Shown: one piece after another, positions 37,676 through 49,719 of the stretch
How the letters are laid out: the number at the start of each line of letters is the position of its first letter
Numbering within the stretch: the first letter of the stretch is position 1
Assembly: GCA_002633005.1 (NCBI GenBank)
Contig: NMRA01000203.1
Coordinates: 347,144-411,143 of the forward strand
Origin: Phoronis australis
Lineage: Eukaryota > Animalia > Phoronida
Direction of reading: 5' to 3'
DNA: 64,000 nt
The notes under the pieces: generated by a model
Databases searched by the model: none
Seen by the model: only the letters and a program-made list of their open reading frames with translations
What the model was told of the DNA's origin: nothing
Translations under genes and position numbers: made by a program

Positions 37676-38901
37676 GTAAGCAATTGTTTAAAAGATTGTG
37701 TTCGAAGCTTTTTCTTTGGCCAACATTTCTTCTTGATCACGTAACCACAAAGCATCTTTTGCAGCGAATGGCCATACAAAGACAAATGGTAAAAGACAAA
37801 ATGATGCGATCTACTGATGTAACGTTCACTAGCTTTATGAATTTCGATTTAAAACGCCAGCGTTCCCTTCTGTTTTCATTGTTCGTAAAAAGGAGCAGTC
37901 ATTTTTTCAAATAGAGACAGTTTTGAAAACAATCTCTCATTCTATTTATTGCAATATACTTTGGATATGCAGTGGCGTAACCAGCTGCATGTATGGTACA
38001 CAATGGAAATACAGTAAATTCAGAGGCAAAATTGTCCCGTCACAAAGACAGATGAACGCAAAGTGATCGTGAGACAACTACGTTAACATTTGAGTATTTG
38101 TTACTCTAACGCCTCAGCGAGCCTAAGCCAGACTGTGACTAACCCGTTTTAATCGATTCGCAAATTAATGTTCGTGGCTTAGCCTGGATGCTGAGGAAAA
38201 CCTATTAGCTAATTTTTCTTATAATTCATTGATTTTAAAAATCCAACTACGGTTCCCATTTACTTTTCAATTTTAATTTGGTCATTGACCTTACTTATTT
38301 TTCGTTTTTTTACTTTAAAACGCGTACGCTAAACAGGCGTGTTGGTTACGACCGCACTTATCTCATCCAACACGTTCAGCCAACCCCATGAATAGCGACT
38401 AGCTCACTTCAGTACCTGGCGGCGACATCAAGCCCTTGGTGTGCAGATTTAGTCGGATACTCTGAGGTAAAAACTGCACACTTTCTCGCCCACTCGTGTG
38501 CAAAACCTCTCAGCGAAAGATTTGCCTAATTATACTAAAGCCTACTTTGACGTCATGTAATAGTCCAAATGTGTTACTCATGTTTCTGACTTAGCGGACT
38601 GCAAGAAATTTCCAAACGCGCTCCAATCATTTCAGCATAGAAAACGGTAATAGAGCTGATAAGGCAAAACCATCTTCAGAAAGCTTTGACCGATGGAAAC
38701 CTAGCTAAACAGTATTGGTCTGTAATTTCTCAGTCGCACATGGAGTTGGTCTGAATATATTGCCTTTGTCAAATTACGTGTCTACATTGAACTGCATTTA
38801 ACCATTAGACTTTCGTTTCAGAAATGAAAAATGATAACTGATGTCATGTCAAGTTAATTCTGAAATCGTGTGACTTGCTTCAGCTACAAATTGTTTTTCA
38901 G

Positions 38902-39194
38902 CTTCTGAAACGAGTTTGCAGCAACCGGTATCAGGCAACTACAGGACTAGCTACTCTGTGGTGGACCCTTCTACTGACGACGAATTCCCCAGTAGACCCT
39001 CTAGTTTTTCAATGACGGAAGCAGAGACCACAGCAAAAGAATCCAAGACAATGAAACGCAACGACAAAAAGAAAGAAAAGGAAACGCGAAAGAAGTCCCG
39101 AAAGTCTAAGAGTGTGTTAAAAACGAAGTCAAAAAAACGCAAAAAATCGGGGTGGATTTCATTTATTTTCGGTAAAAGGAAGAAAAAGGGCTAA
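38902..39194 (+). CDS. Peripherin-like tetraspanin, exon 4 (Ser-rich then polybasic tail)
   Basis: Acceptor ttgtttttcag in phase 1 joins exon 3 in frame. Ends ...KKRKKSGWISFIFGKRKKKG*, with AATAAA at about 39286. Confidence 0.72.
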
Positions 39195-40599
39195 GGCTCC
39201 AGCATATGTTGTAGGGTTGGTTTCGAGTTTGATAGGTGCTTTATTTTTATATTCGTCTTTATTTAATGATTCGTATAACATTTATAATAAATTAATCTAT
39301 GTTTTCTTTGGGACAAGACCCGTGGATTAAATTTTCAAACACAGACTATTTTTACCCTATTGGTAAGTCGTTGTTATGTGGAGTCACGTAACCGTGCTTT
39401 AAAATTCAAGTAATTAGCCACGACATTGGTGTGATTTTTTTAATCAAGATCTTTGGCAAATAAGAGAAGAGTCGATTTGCAGTTGGGGATATAGAATGGT
39501 GTTTTTAGTTTCCCATCTGTAAATAGTTGTGTTTTCTGGCTAACAACAAATAATAAAAATGTACACGTAAAATGAAATAATTGTAAACAACGCTCTTTAC
39601 AAAGTGTAAGAGATTTTCACGAAACGACTGCTACTCGTCACATTTGTCTGACAGCCGGATACTCCATACATGTACAGTGTACATATTGACGTTTCTTGCG
39701 GTAGGTGTGAGTCGCTCTTCACACCATGAAAGACTAGATCCTTCAGAAAGTCGTCACTCCTGTTAAGTGGCTATTGACCGAGTCAGATGGAAGTTAGAAA
39801 CAACTCTATGAAGGGATGTCTGTGAATGAATTAACTTTATTGAATTAAAAACTCTTTGGCAAAATATGATATTTCTAGAACAAAACTCGACGAAAGGGTG
39901 AATTTTGATGGAAGATGCCAGTCAAAGAATCATTTCGTTTTTCGCACTCTTTAAACGAGTGATTATTCAACTTGTGCTTTTCCAGCTTCATTGACATTCA
40001 GTCAGAAGGACGAATAACACGGGAACAATTCTTTTAATGCTCCATCTGGTGACGAGGTCATTTCACTCTAGATTACTGAAGGTTTCCTTCGTAAGATCAG
40101 AAGTGTTCTCCTGTGTCAGCAACTGACAATTAGAGCAGCTCCATTTCGGGATCTCATGCTCCACCAAGTTACAGAAATTACTATCGGCCCATTGTGACCA
40201 CGTGTCTTCGGTTGCGAAAGTTCCACATTTGAGGTGGGAAAAACCACAAGCGGGCATGAACATCCGCGTTGATGTCGGTCCAGTCCGTTCAGAGACATCG
40301 TCAGAGTTAGTAGCTCCACGTTTCTAGTATTGCAGACGGCAGTCATTAGCACAGTCACTGCAAACGGAAATCTTGTCGGATCTATAACATTTGTAACCGG
40401 AAAATGGCTACACTTGGCTGCGCCACTTCACAGGGGACGCGTTCCATAGATGCAGATACTCGAGTAGAGGTATAGTGGTCACGTTCTTCGCTTGAAATTC
40501 TTGGTAATATTTTTCGAAGACTTACGTGGTTTGGCTTTTCTCTGAAGAAACGTGTTCTATGGAACACAGCCTAGGTTTTGATCTAGAAATGTCGGGTCG

Positions 40600-40747
40600 T
40601 CATAAGTTGTTGGGCCTTTTACCGACATCCACTAGAAGGTGCGTATAAAGAGATTCTTCTGTAATTCTGAGAACTTTGGACGTTAGTGTACTGAAGCCGT
40701 CTATTTTTCGTCGGTCGAACAAATCTTGAGCCCCGAGCAAAACCATT
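40600..40747 (-). CDS. GT7 beta-1,4-GalNAc/Gal-transferase, last coding exon
   Basis: Acceptor ttgttgcag. Translates MVLLGAQDLFDRRKIDGFSTLTSKVLRITEESLYTHLLVDVGKRPNNL*, the GT7 C-terminal DG...L......LYT.I.VD. Confidence 0.88.
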
Positions 40748-41125
40748 CTGCAACAATGATTAAAAACGAGTAGCACTTTAATATAGAAGATAGTTAAATT
40801 TATAACCGGTGTTATGGAATAGGATATTATTTTGGCAGCCAGATCTGTTTCTCAAAGAGTTTATTGACTTTTATCTTCTTGAATTCCGGCTGAAAATAAG
40901 TCAACGGATGACTTACATCGTTTGACAAAAACCAGACTAAGGCTGAAAGTCAGATAATCTATGCAACTCAAAAGGCATAAATCAGTAGTCTGCTAGAATG
41001 GGCAGAAGATAAAACGGCTAAAAATCAACTTTTGTATATTCGCTGTCAGATTTCTGACCTTGGCTAAAGTCAGAAGACGAAAGTCAGAAATAAGCCCCTG
41101 AGCTTGATTTTAATCACTTTAATAC

Positions 41126-41233
41126 CTTTCATTCATCCGTGGTTCCTTCCCTTTCCTGCTAATGTGTTCCAGTGCTTTATACTTGGCATATTTGTCTGGT
41201 GGTCTTCGCAATTTTAGTTTCGCAGCTTTTATT
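41126..41233 (-). CDS. GT7 glycosyltransferase coding exon 6
   Basis: Translates IKAAKLKLRRPPDKYAKYKALEHISRKGKEPRMNE, including the metal-binding His loop. GT-AG, phases 2 to 2. Confidence 0.88.
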
Positions 41234-41922
41234 CTGCAACAGGAATGTTACAATGATCAGTGTTTGAACAAAGGGCACACATTAAAAGTGTTTTCTGTGT
41301 CCAATAACATTTGATTCAGGCAAACATTAACCAATCTTATTCGTCTAATGTTGTATCTTTTCCTAGGCATGATGCTGGATCAATGCTCAAGAAGAACCGA
41401 CAGTTCCGTATTTTCTTCCGACCAGACTCGTTCAGTTGCTGGAACGTGCGCGTTAGTTTAAACTGCCATACAGTTTCGAACGTTAGTGTTACGTTAAGTC
41501 TTTGCCGGGGAGGAGCAAATCCGCCAGTGAAGAATGTTACTTTTGATTCGAGAACTTGTTGTGTACTCGTACCAGGAGGTCATGCAGGCTAGTGGGTACA
41601 TTACGCTTTAGTCTCAAGGTGATGTTCTGGGCCCAGGGTCGAACTCGAAAAGCTTTTTACCTAATATTTTGTGCTGGAGTACATTATGGTTTACTCAGAC
41701 GAGCCCGTAGTCCAAGCTCGCAATATTGATAATATGTAGATTCGTGTTAACAGGTTTTAGTGTGATTTCGAGTGAAAAGACTAGACGCTGGGTCTTCAAC
41801 TTCTTTTAATTTAGTCAAAAAATGAGGTTTATAGTAGTACCAAATGAAAAAGATTTTCTTCAGGTTTGTGACTTATACAAGAATAAGACAGGGCTTTGTT
41901 TTGTCCCCTTATATTTTGACAC

Positions 41923-42170
41923 GTGTCAAAATGTAGTGAATTGACAACTTTTCAGTAAGTGCGAGTGTCAAAATGTAGTGAATTGACAACTTTTCAGTAA
42001 GTGCGAGTGTCAAAATGTAGTGAATTGACAACTTTTCAGTAAGTGAGAGTGTCAAAATGTAGTGAATTGACAACTTTTCAGTAAGTGAGAGTGTCAAAAT
42101 GTAGTGAATTGACAACTTTTCAGTAAGTGTGAGTGTCAAAATGTAGTGAATTGACAACTTTTCAGTAAAT
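41923..42170. repeat. Minisatellite, 42 bp x 6, in GT7 intron 5
   Basis: Unit gtgtcaaaatgtagtgaattgacaacttttcagtaagtg(c/a/t)ga, with internal inverted tgtcaa/ttgaca. Confidence 0.97.
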
Positions 42171-42727
42171 GCCAGTAAAAATGAAAAGTTCAAAGTCGTG
42201 TGACCATTGCTTTTACTGTTGGACTACGTGACTGAAACTGAAACGGGGTCCCTAAATTTAAATTCCCTAGGCCCAAAAATAGTTGCTGCTTCGTTAAGAC
42301 GCCGTTTTTGCTGCTTTTTTACGGTCGCTTAGTGGTCATTCGTGTCATCTACAAGTATGCTTCGTTCTGACACAACTGAAACACTCTAAAGATACATGCG
42401 GCAAGACAACCTCGATCATAGAAAGAAAGCCATCATTTTTCGGATAACTATAATTCCAACCTCGACTAACCGCCTATTCTGTCAGTGGCGGCACGGCCAT
42501 ATTTTGTACGCTAGTTGGAAGCTTCCACGCAAAATATTGGACTTTCATACGCGTGATATCGCAGAATTCGCAATAGACTTGCCTTAACGAACACACCCCA
42601 GGAGTCAGTTGTTTCATAAACTAATAATTGCTAGTAAACACGAGTGAATGCTTTTGTTTCACTCCATCACATGGCCCACTAATCACCGTACAATCCACTA
42701 CTTGACACACAAAGTGCTTTACTATAC

Positions 42728-42850
42728 CTTTTATACATGTCGTCATCTTCACCGCCCCAACCCCAGAATAAGTTAGAGTAACCGTTTATTTGAATATAGT
42801 GTTCTTTCCTCAAGTTCAACACACCTCCGACTAACTGAGGGTAGAAATTG
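42728..42850 (-). CDS. GT7 glycosyltransferase coding exon 5
   Basis: Translates NFYPQLVGGVLNLRKEHYIQINGYSNLFWGWGGEDDDMYKR, with the catalytic WGWGGEDDD motif. GT-AG. Confidence 0.95.
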
Positions 42851-44620
42851 CTGGAAAAAAAGAATGGAGAAAGAAAAAGATCAAACTTTGTATCAAGGTA
42901 TGTATAACGTGGCTAGACAATGTGAGTGTCGGGATATCCTATGCTATTAGTGAACGTTAGAACGATCGTTTACTTCGCAGTTGGTTTTGCGCAGTTTCTC
43001 TACTGCATCAGATACATACGGTTATTTATGCTCGGAATATGTCGCGAAAATAATAGGTGCGTCGCAAGCTCCGTTTCCAGAGATAAAGAGGAGACCGTGT
43101 ATAGGCGATATAAGGTCATTTATTATGACTGATAAGGTACAGAAATATGAGTGTACAAATAACATAAAGATAAAATAATAATCTCTGGAAAGATGGGCAG
43201 GCAATAAAAAGCGCCTATTTCCAAAAAGACTGAGTATGAAATTAAGTGGTACGCTAATTAAAGATTTCATGAAAAGTTAACAATCGATTTAATTATTTTA
43301 AAGGCCAGATTTTTTGTCATGTACTACTTTTCTAATAAAAACGGTCAAGAGGTGGATCCACTGGGTTTTCAAAATCTCCTCGAGATGCAAAACTCAGCCA
43401 CCTCAACAAAACGGTACACCCACTGGAAACGCTAAAATAGGAGATCCACCTCTGCCATGTTAGTAGTCGACCCACTCGAGCAAGACAACGACCAGTCCTA
43501 TTATCACATGTTCCAGACCTACCTCCGATCCTGAAGTGTATATCGAGGTGTTGATATCAGATTAGCTTGTCGTTACAACGAAGTCTTTATTTAGTATCTT
43601 TCTCAATTAAAACCACCCCGTGTTAGTACATTAGCACAACCCGCGGGCATTTTCTTGTTGTGTCATGTTTTTGCTATTTGCTTCTCATATTGTCTTGTTA
43701 AGTGCACTGAGGGTGAATCGTCTTATTGCACGTTTACCTTATGAATAGTTGCTTTAAAGACACTCTTTGCACTCCATTTTTGCTAAAAACTTCATGAAAC
43801 GGATCTTCTGGCAAACCATTTTAATCGAACTGCTCTTTGAACATGAAGAAGAATGTTTTTCATAATAAATTGAATTTAATACTGGTTTTTAGCTTATTTT
43901 TTGTCTTGCTGTACTGCACCACTACAAAAGATGGCTGACGATGTGTCAATTGAAATTCTGTTGCTGAGGAAAGCTGTTGTCGAATCCTGTCGTGTGCTAT
44001 ACTTGGGCTTAGAATTCTGCTTATCTCAAGATCACATTTGCGTGAAATTGGAATACCCTAAAGAACTTAGCAACCTTAAGCAACTTTACTCAGATAATCA
44101 CGTTCACGTTTATGAAATTTGCAATGCACTAAACTAAATTACATGTTACTTAAAATTATACATTTTAACCAATCTGAATTGGCGATCCTATTCATCAAAC
44201 AATAGTTAATTAACCATTCACTTATTCCTCCGATTCTTTGACACAAATTCCGCTGCAGAAGAAAGTGGGTGGTTGTGGGGTCAATAAATAAAAAAATTCT
44301 ATACACGGAACAAAAAAATTCACCTGATTGATTTAATGGATATTTAATTCCAAGTTCACGCATACGCGATCTTGAGGTTAAGCATAATTCTTAGTTCATG
44401 CACACCCAGAAAGTTCAAAATATGAAGTAAGCAGAAAGGTTGTACTCTGTTGAAAAGGCTTAAAGTCCTTGCCTCACGCGTTGTTAACCCTTATTACATG
44501 GTTAGAAGATGTTATAAGGATCCAAGAAGTACCTACCCCATAACTAATACACGATCCGTACTCGAAAACAGTTTAAATGAACGCGCCACTCACGATTGCA
44601 GAATGGTGAATGTTGACCAA

Positions 44621-45182
44621 TTCCCCTTTTGTCCACTGACGTCACAAGCATACTGGCGCCCCCAGTGGAGGCCCTGAAAACTCGTAAATAAACTGAGTTC
44701 GTGAACCCGGTAGTATCCAGCCTAGCAACGGCGGAGCCAAGCTGGCGAACGGACTTATGTTTATTGTGGGGCGTTGAGTATCGTTTTTTTTTCTAAAAAC
44801 ATAATGCATGGTATATAATAATGAATGGTATATAGTATCAATTAAATATGATTGAAAGATTCCTTTTTAGTCGAGCGTAAACGAGGCTATTTCGCGTGAG
44901 AATAAAACTTTGGCTTTGCCGTGTGTAACACAGAAGAACATTTGGATGGTGTTGCAGGATCGCGAGAATGAATATTCCAATTTTCTTAATTTATTGGAAC
45001 AATATTAATTTTCTGAGAGGTATGACATGCAACATTATTTAAAAAACACACTAAAACATAGCGACTCTGGAAAAATCATAAAAAACACTTTAACCACAGT
45101 CGCCAGCATGCTTGTTTACGAGTTCTCAGGGCCTCCACTGGGGGCGCCAGTATGCTTGTGACGTCAGTGGACAAAAGGGGAA
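44621..45182. mobile_element. MITE with about 70-bp TIRs (right end cut at n)
   Basis: ttccccttttgtccactgacgtcacaagcatactggcgcccccagtggaggccctga... and its reverse complement at about 45115-45182. Confidence 0.88.
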
Positions 45183-48100
45183 NAAAAATAGGTTCGACCC
45201 ATATTGGTTCCTAGGTTCGACCGGCCTACGTAAGGAACTAAACACCAATGCTATTTTAACATACTAAGTACGCGTAACATTCCAAAAAAATCAACGACCA
45301 CAAACTACAAGCTATAAATACACTACATATGCAAACGAATCACGATATATTACTAATAAAACAAAATAATGAAGACTTTTCGAGCAAGCCATAGCACATT
45401 CAGTTACAAGGAAAAAATGGCGGCGTTCAGGACAAGTTCCTGAACTGATGAGCCGGAAATGTGGGTACGGAAATAACCGATGACAACTGGTAATCATACG
45501 CTCAGAGAAAAGGGTCAAATACGGTTGAAAAATCGCTTTTGGCAAGAAAGGCGACAAGAATGTAAAGAAAGGGTGTCGAAAATAAGATTTTATGTAGTAA
45601 GTATTTTCGGATACTAGAACCACATGGGCAGTTTGCAACAAGGACTTTAATACGGCTTAGGATCACGAGTTGGCTATTACTACTGTAACGTTTTGATGGG
45701 GCTATTCGACAGTCTTTACATTACTAGAGGGCGCGGGTGTACTAATGGTGATAGATTAAGCAGTCTCGATTTCGCGAGCCCTTTATACATGGTGAAATGG
45801 CTTGCAGTCGTGCCAATTGAATCTGAGATTGCGTGAAAAAGGTGCTTCTACGAGAGGAAGTAAACATGACCTTATAGAAAGTTAAGGTTTGTGATTATTT
45901 TAACGATTATTCAAGTTTACAATACTGATGCCTGTTAACTGAGCTACTGACCGGTGTCGTCTTCGGCAGTCGCCAGTCAGGTTCAGTAATCATTGTTGTG
46001 GTGTGGGCATAACCTATGGTGTGTGTTACGATACTTGACGTAGGACTCGGGATGTTTTCGTATAAAAAAGCAGTATTATTAATGTTTGGGATGATTTCTA
46101 ACAGGTTTATCAGTCACAGTTACAGCATTCAATGCTGAATGTTTATGCTGTCAACTCGATATTGGTTAGTGAGGTAAGATTACAATCCAAGCCTAAAGGG
46201 TATGTGACAAATATCCATTAGACTATTTGTTTACTCCCTACCCTATGTCGTCCGGAAATCTATTTCACGTTGACATGGAAATATACTCATGTCTGTTTTC
46301 ACCTGATCTTCGGTGTTTAGGTTTGAGGGCCAGTACCGTGCAGAAGAGATATCCATCGCTTCTGCAACCGTCCCTGAATTGACAAAAATTGGTTTTAAGC
46401 TCTTGACTTCAGCTAACCAGCAAGATCCTCCAATCAAGTGCAGATCTGTTGTCAAAGCCTGCTTTGTATATCGGAGACAACGAGCAAGGTTTGGAAGTTG
46501 TTTTGTTAATTTAATTATTCAGGACCTTAGCGGGAGGTTGGCATAAGGGGTTGGGGTTGTAAAATTTAGTGCGACTGAATGAGTGAAAATAACAGGTAAT
46601 AGTGTCTAGAGGAAAGAGCATGGTGAAGTAGTTCTTAACCTTCATGAAGTCCTTTCAAGTTTCATGAAACTGTTTTGCTATCCATTGTAGACCCACAAAA
46701 ATATATTTCATTTTCTGAATTCTCAATGACTGAGCAGTCTTAACTCATGCCTTGAAATTTTGCAAGTCGTTTATAAATTCATATGACTGCCATTTTTGTG
46801 AAAATTACATTTTTGCTGTGAACATACGAGTGAGGTAGTATTTGAACATATTCTTACTGCCAATAAGCAAGAAATGGTGCGTTACGATTTTTAATTACTC
46901 TTAAACAACAGAAAGATTAACCACCATTTTTAAATGACCCAAGTCTTCATATCTTCTATTATAAGAAAGATAAAAACAATCTGAGCAACGGTTCCCTCAC
47001 CCTTAGGCCACAAGTGTGTTTGACAGACTCATGATCTGTAAACGGTGATTAAAATTGCTGAAAGAATCAAAATTAAAAAGGCTTGAAAATGGGAAACAAA
47101 GGTTTGAAGTTGTGTAAAATAACTTCCATATTTTGCAGGCAAGTGATGAGTTTAAAGAATTTTTATGGCTAGGAATGAAAAATAAAGATGCTGTTTTATA
47201 CAATACTTATCATATACACCCATGCTTTCTGGAAACAGTAATTATTTAATTTTGTGTGAAATTGTAGAACAATTACCATATCATATTTTTGAAAAACAGG
47301 GGCATTTTTTTGACCCAACCTGAAGTACATAATTATTCATGTTTCAATGTTTCTTCCAGGTTCAGTGACATTTTTAAGGCCACTTGAAGTCGCAACATAG
47401 ACAAGCTTTGTTACTCCTTTCTCTTCCCACAGCTTGTCCACACACCAACAGTGCTGCATGGCACAATGTTCAAGCCAGTGACCAGGGAGAAACATGAATT
47501 GCAGTACTAAGTTACCATAAGAAAAATGTGCCAGTGGATTGTTTGCATGGGAAGAGGAACTATGTTTGACTGGTACCCCAGGTAGGATGCCCTTTCATAG
47601 GCAATTAGTCATATGTGGACGACAATGACTTATCTTCTTTCCTGGAAGAAACATGAGGGACTGAAGCTAAAGAAGACCTAGTAACACTCTGGCCTAGTTC
47701 AGGGTCAGATTTTGGGTACAAAGCGAGTCAAGTGATATGCTGCTGTGTTCACCTTCAAGAATCTAATTGTGGGTGACATTGAGGCTGAATGAGGTTACAA
47801 GACGGTAAGTCACGTGCCCAAACTGGGCCTTTTTTACAAGCGCGTCTAAGGCCATTGAAACTAGATCCCAGTGAAATGAAAACCTTTCCTTTCCCACTGA
47901 GTGACATTAACCTTTCCTTTCAGAGGAGAAAAATTCTATTTGGTACACATTATGTGGAAGTGACATTCAGTGACTGCATTGATTGTCTTATTTTCGGTAA
48001 AAAGTCTGTTAACGTTACACTTTGATGATCGAAAAATTTTTTCATCAGCAGGCAAGTTTGTCACTAATTATTCAACTTGCAAATATTTCTTCCGTTTTAA

Positions 48101-48651
48101 AGTTCCATTCAGTACACTTGTGGCGCTTCTTTATGAAGCTGAAATGATTACCGATTACGCTTGCGAATTCATTTGCCATTTTCCTGTTGACCTATAGAAA
48201 TGTCCGGCGATCAAAACGAAGTATTCCCTTTGTTTACGTTTGATTTGTTTATGTGTGTAACTATTTTTAGAGCTTTCTTAAGAAGGCCTTTGAAGAGTTT
48301 AAGTTTTGTGTTAACTTGTCTAGAACAAAAGTTCCACAAACAAGCAAAGCATGTTTTCAATCGTAGTTAAATGGATAAGAATAGTAAAATAACGGGCGTA
48401 CGTACATGGCTGTAATTTACAAAAAGTGTTGCTTTTTGTGATATCTTTCGACAGACAAAACTCATTCTGTGTTCCAAGCAGGTGAAAGTAAAGGCAGCAA
48501 TATCTTTAAACGGTTCACCTTTGTTTTGTCACCGGATTTACGCAGAGCTGATTTTTTTTCTAATGATTTGATGAGTCACATCCGACGTCCAGGCTTTTAA
48601 CTTTTACTTTGAATTCCATACTAAACAAATAATTCTGAAATTAACACTTAC

Positions 48652-48845
48652 TATGTTCCCCGAGTTTTTTCAATTATTTTTGACATATGGTGAGGTGTGT
48701 TAAAGCATCTGTAAATGTTTCTGTCGTCTTGCAGAATGAGATCTAGATCATGGAATATAAGACAGTCGAAGGTCCAGTTACTTTCCATGGCCGTCTTGAC
48801 AGCTGTGTTCATCAGGATCCCTTTGTTAAATCTCTCTTTTCCAAA
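48652..48845 (-). CDS. GT7 glycosyltransferase coding exon 4
   Basis: Translates FGKERFNKGILMNTAVKTAMESNWTFDCLIFHDLDLILQDDRNIYRCFNTPHHMSK..., with FN(R/K)G..MN and the DxD motif. Acceptor ttttttcag, donor gtaagt. Confidence 0.93.
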
Positions 48846-49358
48846 CTGAAAAAATAACGTTTGGATAAGGCATGGAACTTTGAAATTGCAGCGCCACCTT
48901 TAAAATCGCACGAAAACGCCCAGATTACGAATGGATTTTAATGAGGCGAATAAACTAATCACAATCACAGTGTGGACAGGAAATGGAGAAGGTCATTTGT
49001 TGCTTTTCTAGCTAGATTCTTCGTTGCAAACGTGAATTATTCTTGCTTGAAGTTGGTGAATTTTATCTTGACCTTGTCACTGTGTGGCGTGGTTTTAATG
49101 AGCATTTTAGTTGCCACAAATTCAGGGCAAGTTCGTTTTTGGACGAGGCCTGCAATATTCCACAGGTCATGATATGGAAAAAGGTTGTTGTGTAGGCCTA
49201 TCCTTGACACACATTTTTTCTATGGGTTCTCGCGAACTGATTTCGGTTAATTCACAATATAAAATTAAAATTAGGCAAAACAATCGGTCTTGATTACACA
49301 CCTATAATTATACAACTGAGTTGTACGCATCTGCGTCTGTTTAAAACCATGAATGTAC

Positions 49359-49606
49359 CTGCTCTGTGACGACAATTCTAAAGACAACTTGGTGCCTTTG
49401 TAACACCGGAAGCATGTGGCCCAAGAACTGAATAAGATGAAACATTCGATCGCGAAACGGCAACACCAGTAGGATACTGTGTCGTGCAGCGCACTCTTTT
49501 GGGTGGTAGACTCCTCCCCGATAAACGTTGAGGTTGTTCATTTCCACATCGGCCATTGACATATTTTGTAGAGATTTGACAGTATCGGCATATATTAGTC
49601 GCCCAA
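49359..49606 (-). CDS. GT7 glycosyltransferase coding exon 3
   Basis: Translates ...GGVYHPKECAARHSILLVLPFRDRMFHL...PVLQRHQVVFRIVVTEQ, with the PFRxR motif. GT-AG. Confidence 0.93.
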
Positions 49607-49719
49607 CTGCAATAAAATAATACCTGGTGTCACGACAGAGCTAGAAATGACAAAAACCGGTAGCAAATTCGATTAAACACATGTAACTGATCATATTGTC
49701 AGTGGCCGGTCTAAGTCTG

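Noticed and set aside
45425-45480. Possible hammerhead (ctgatgagccggaaa...) beside a short hairpin
   Set aside because: Stem II cannot close correctly before GAAA, and there is no stem III or cleavage triplet.
45780-47790. Possible hidden gene or transposase in GT7 intron 4
   Set aside because: Some exon-like composition, but I could not build a consistent frame or recognise a motif. Left unassigned.
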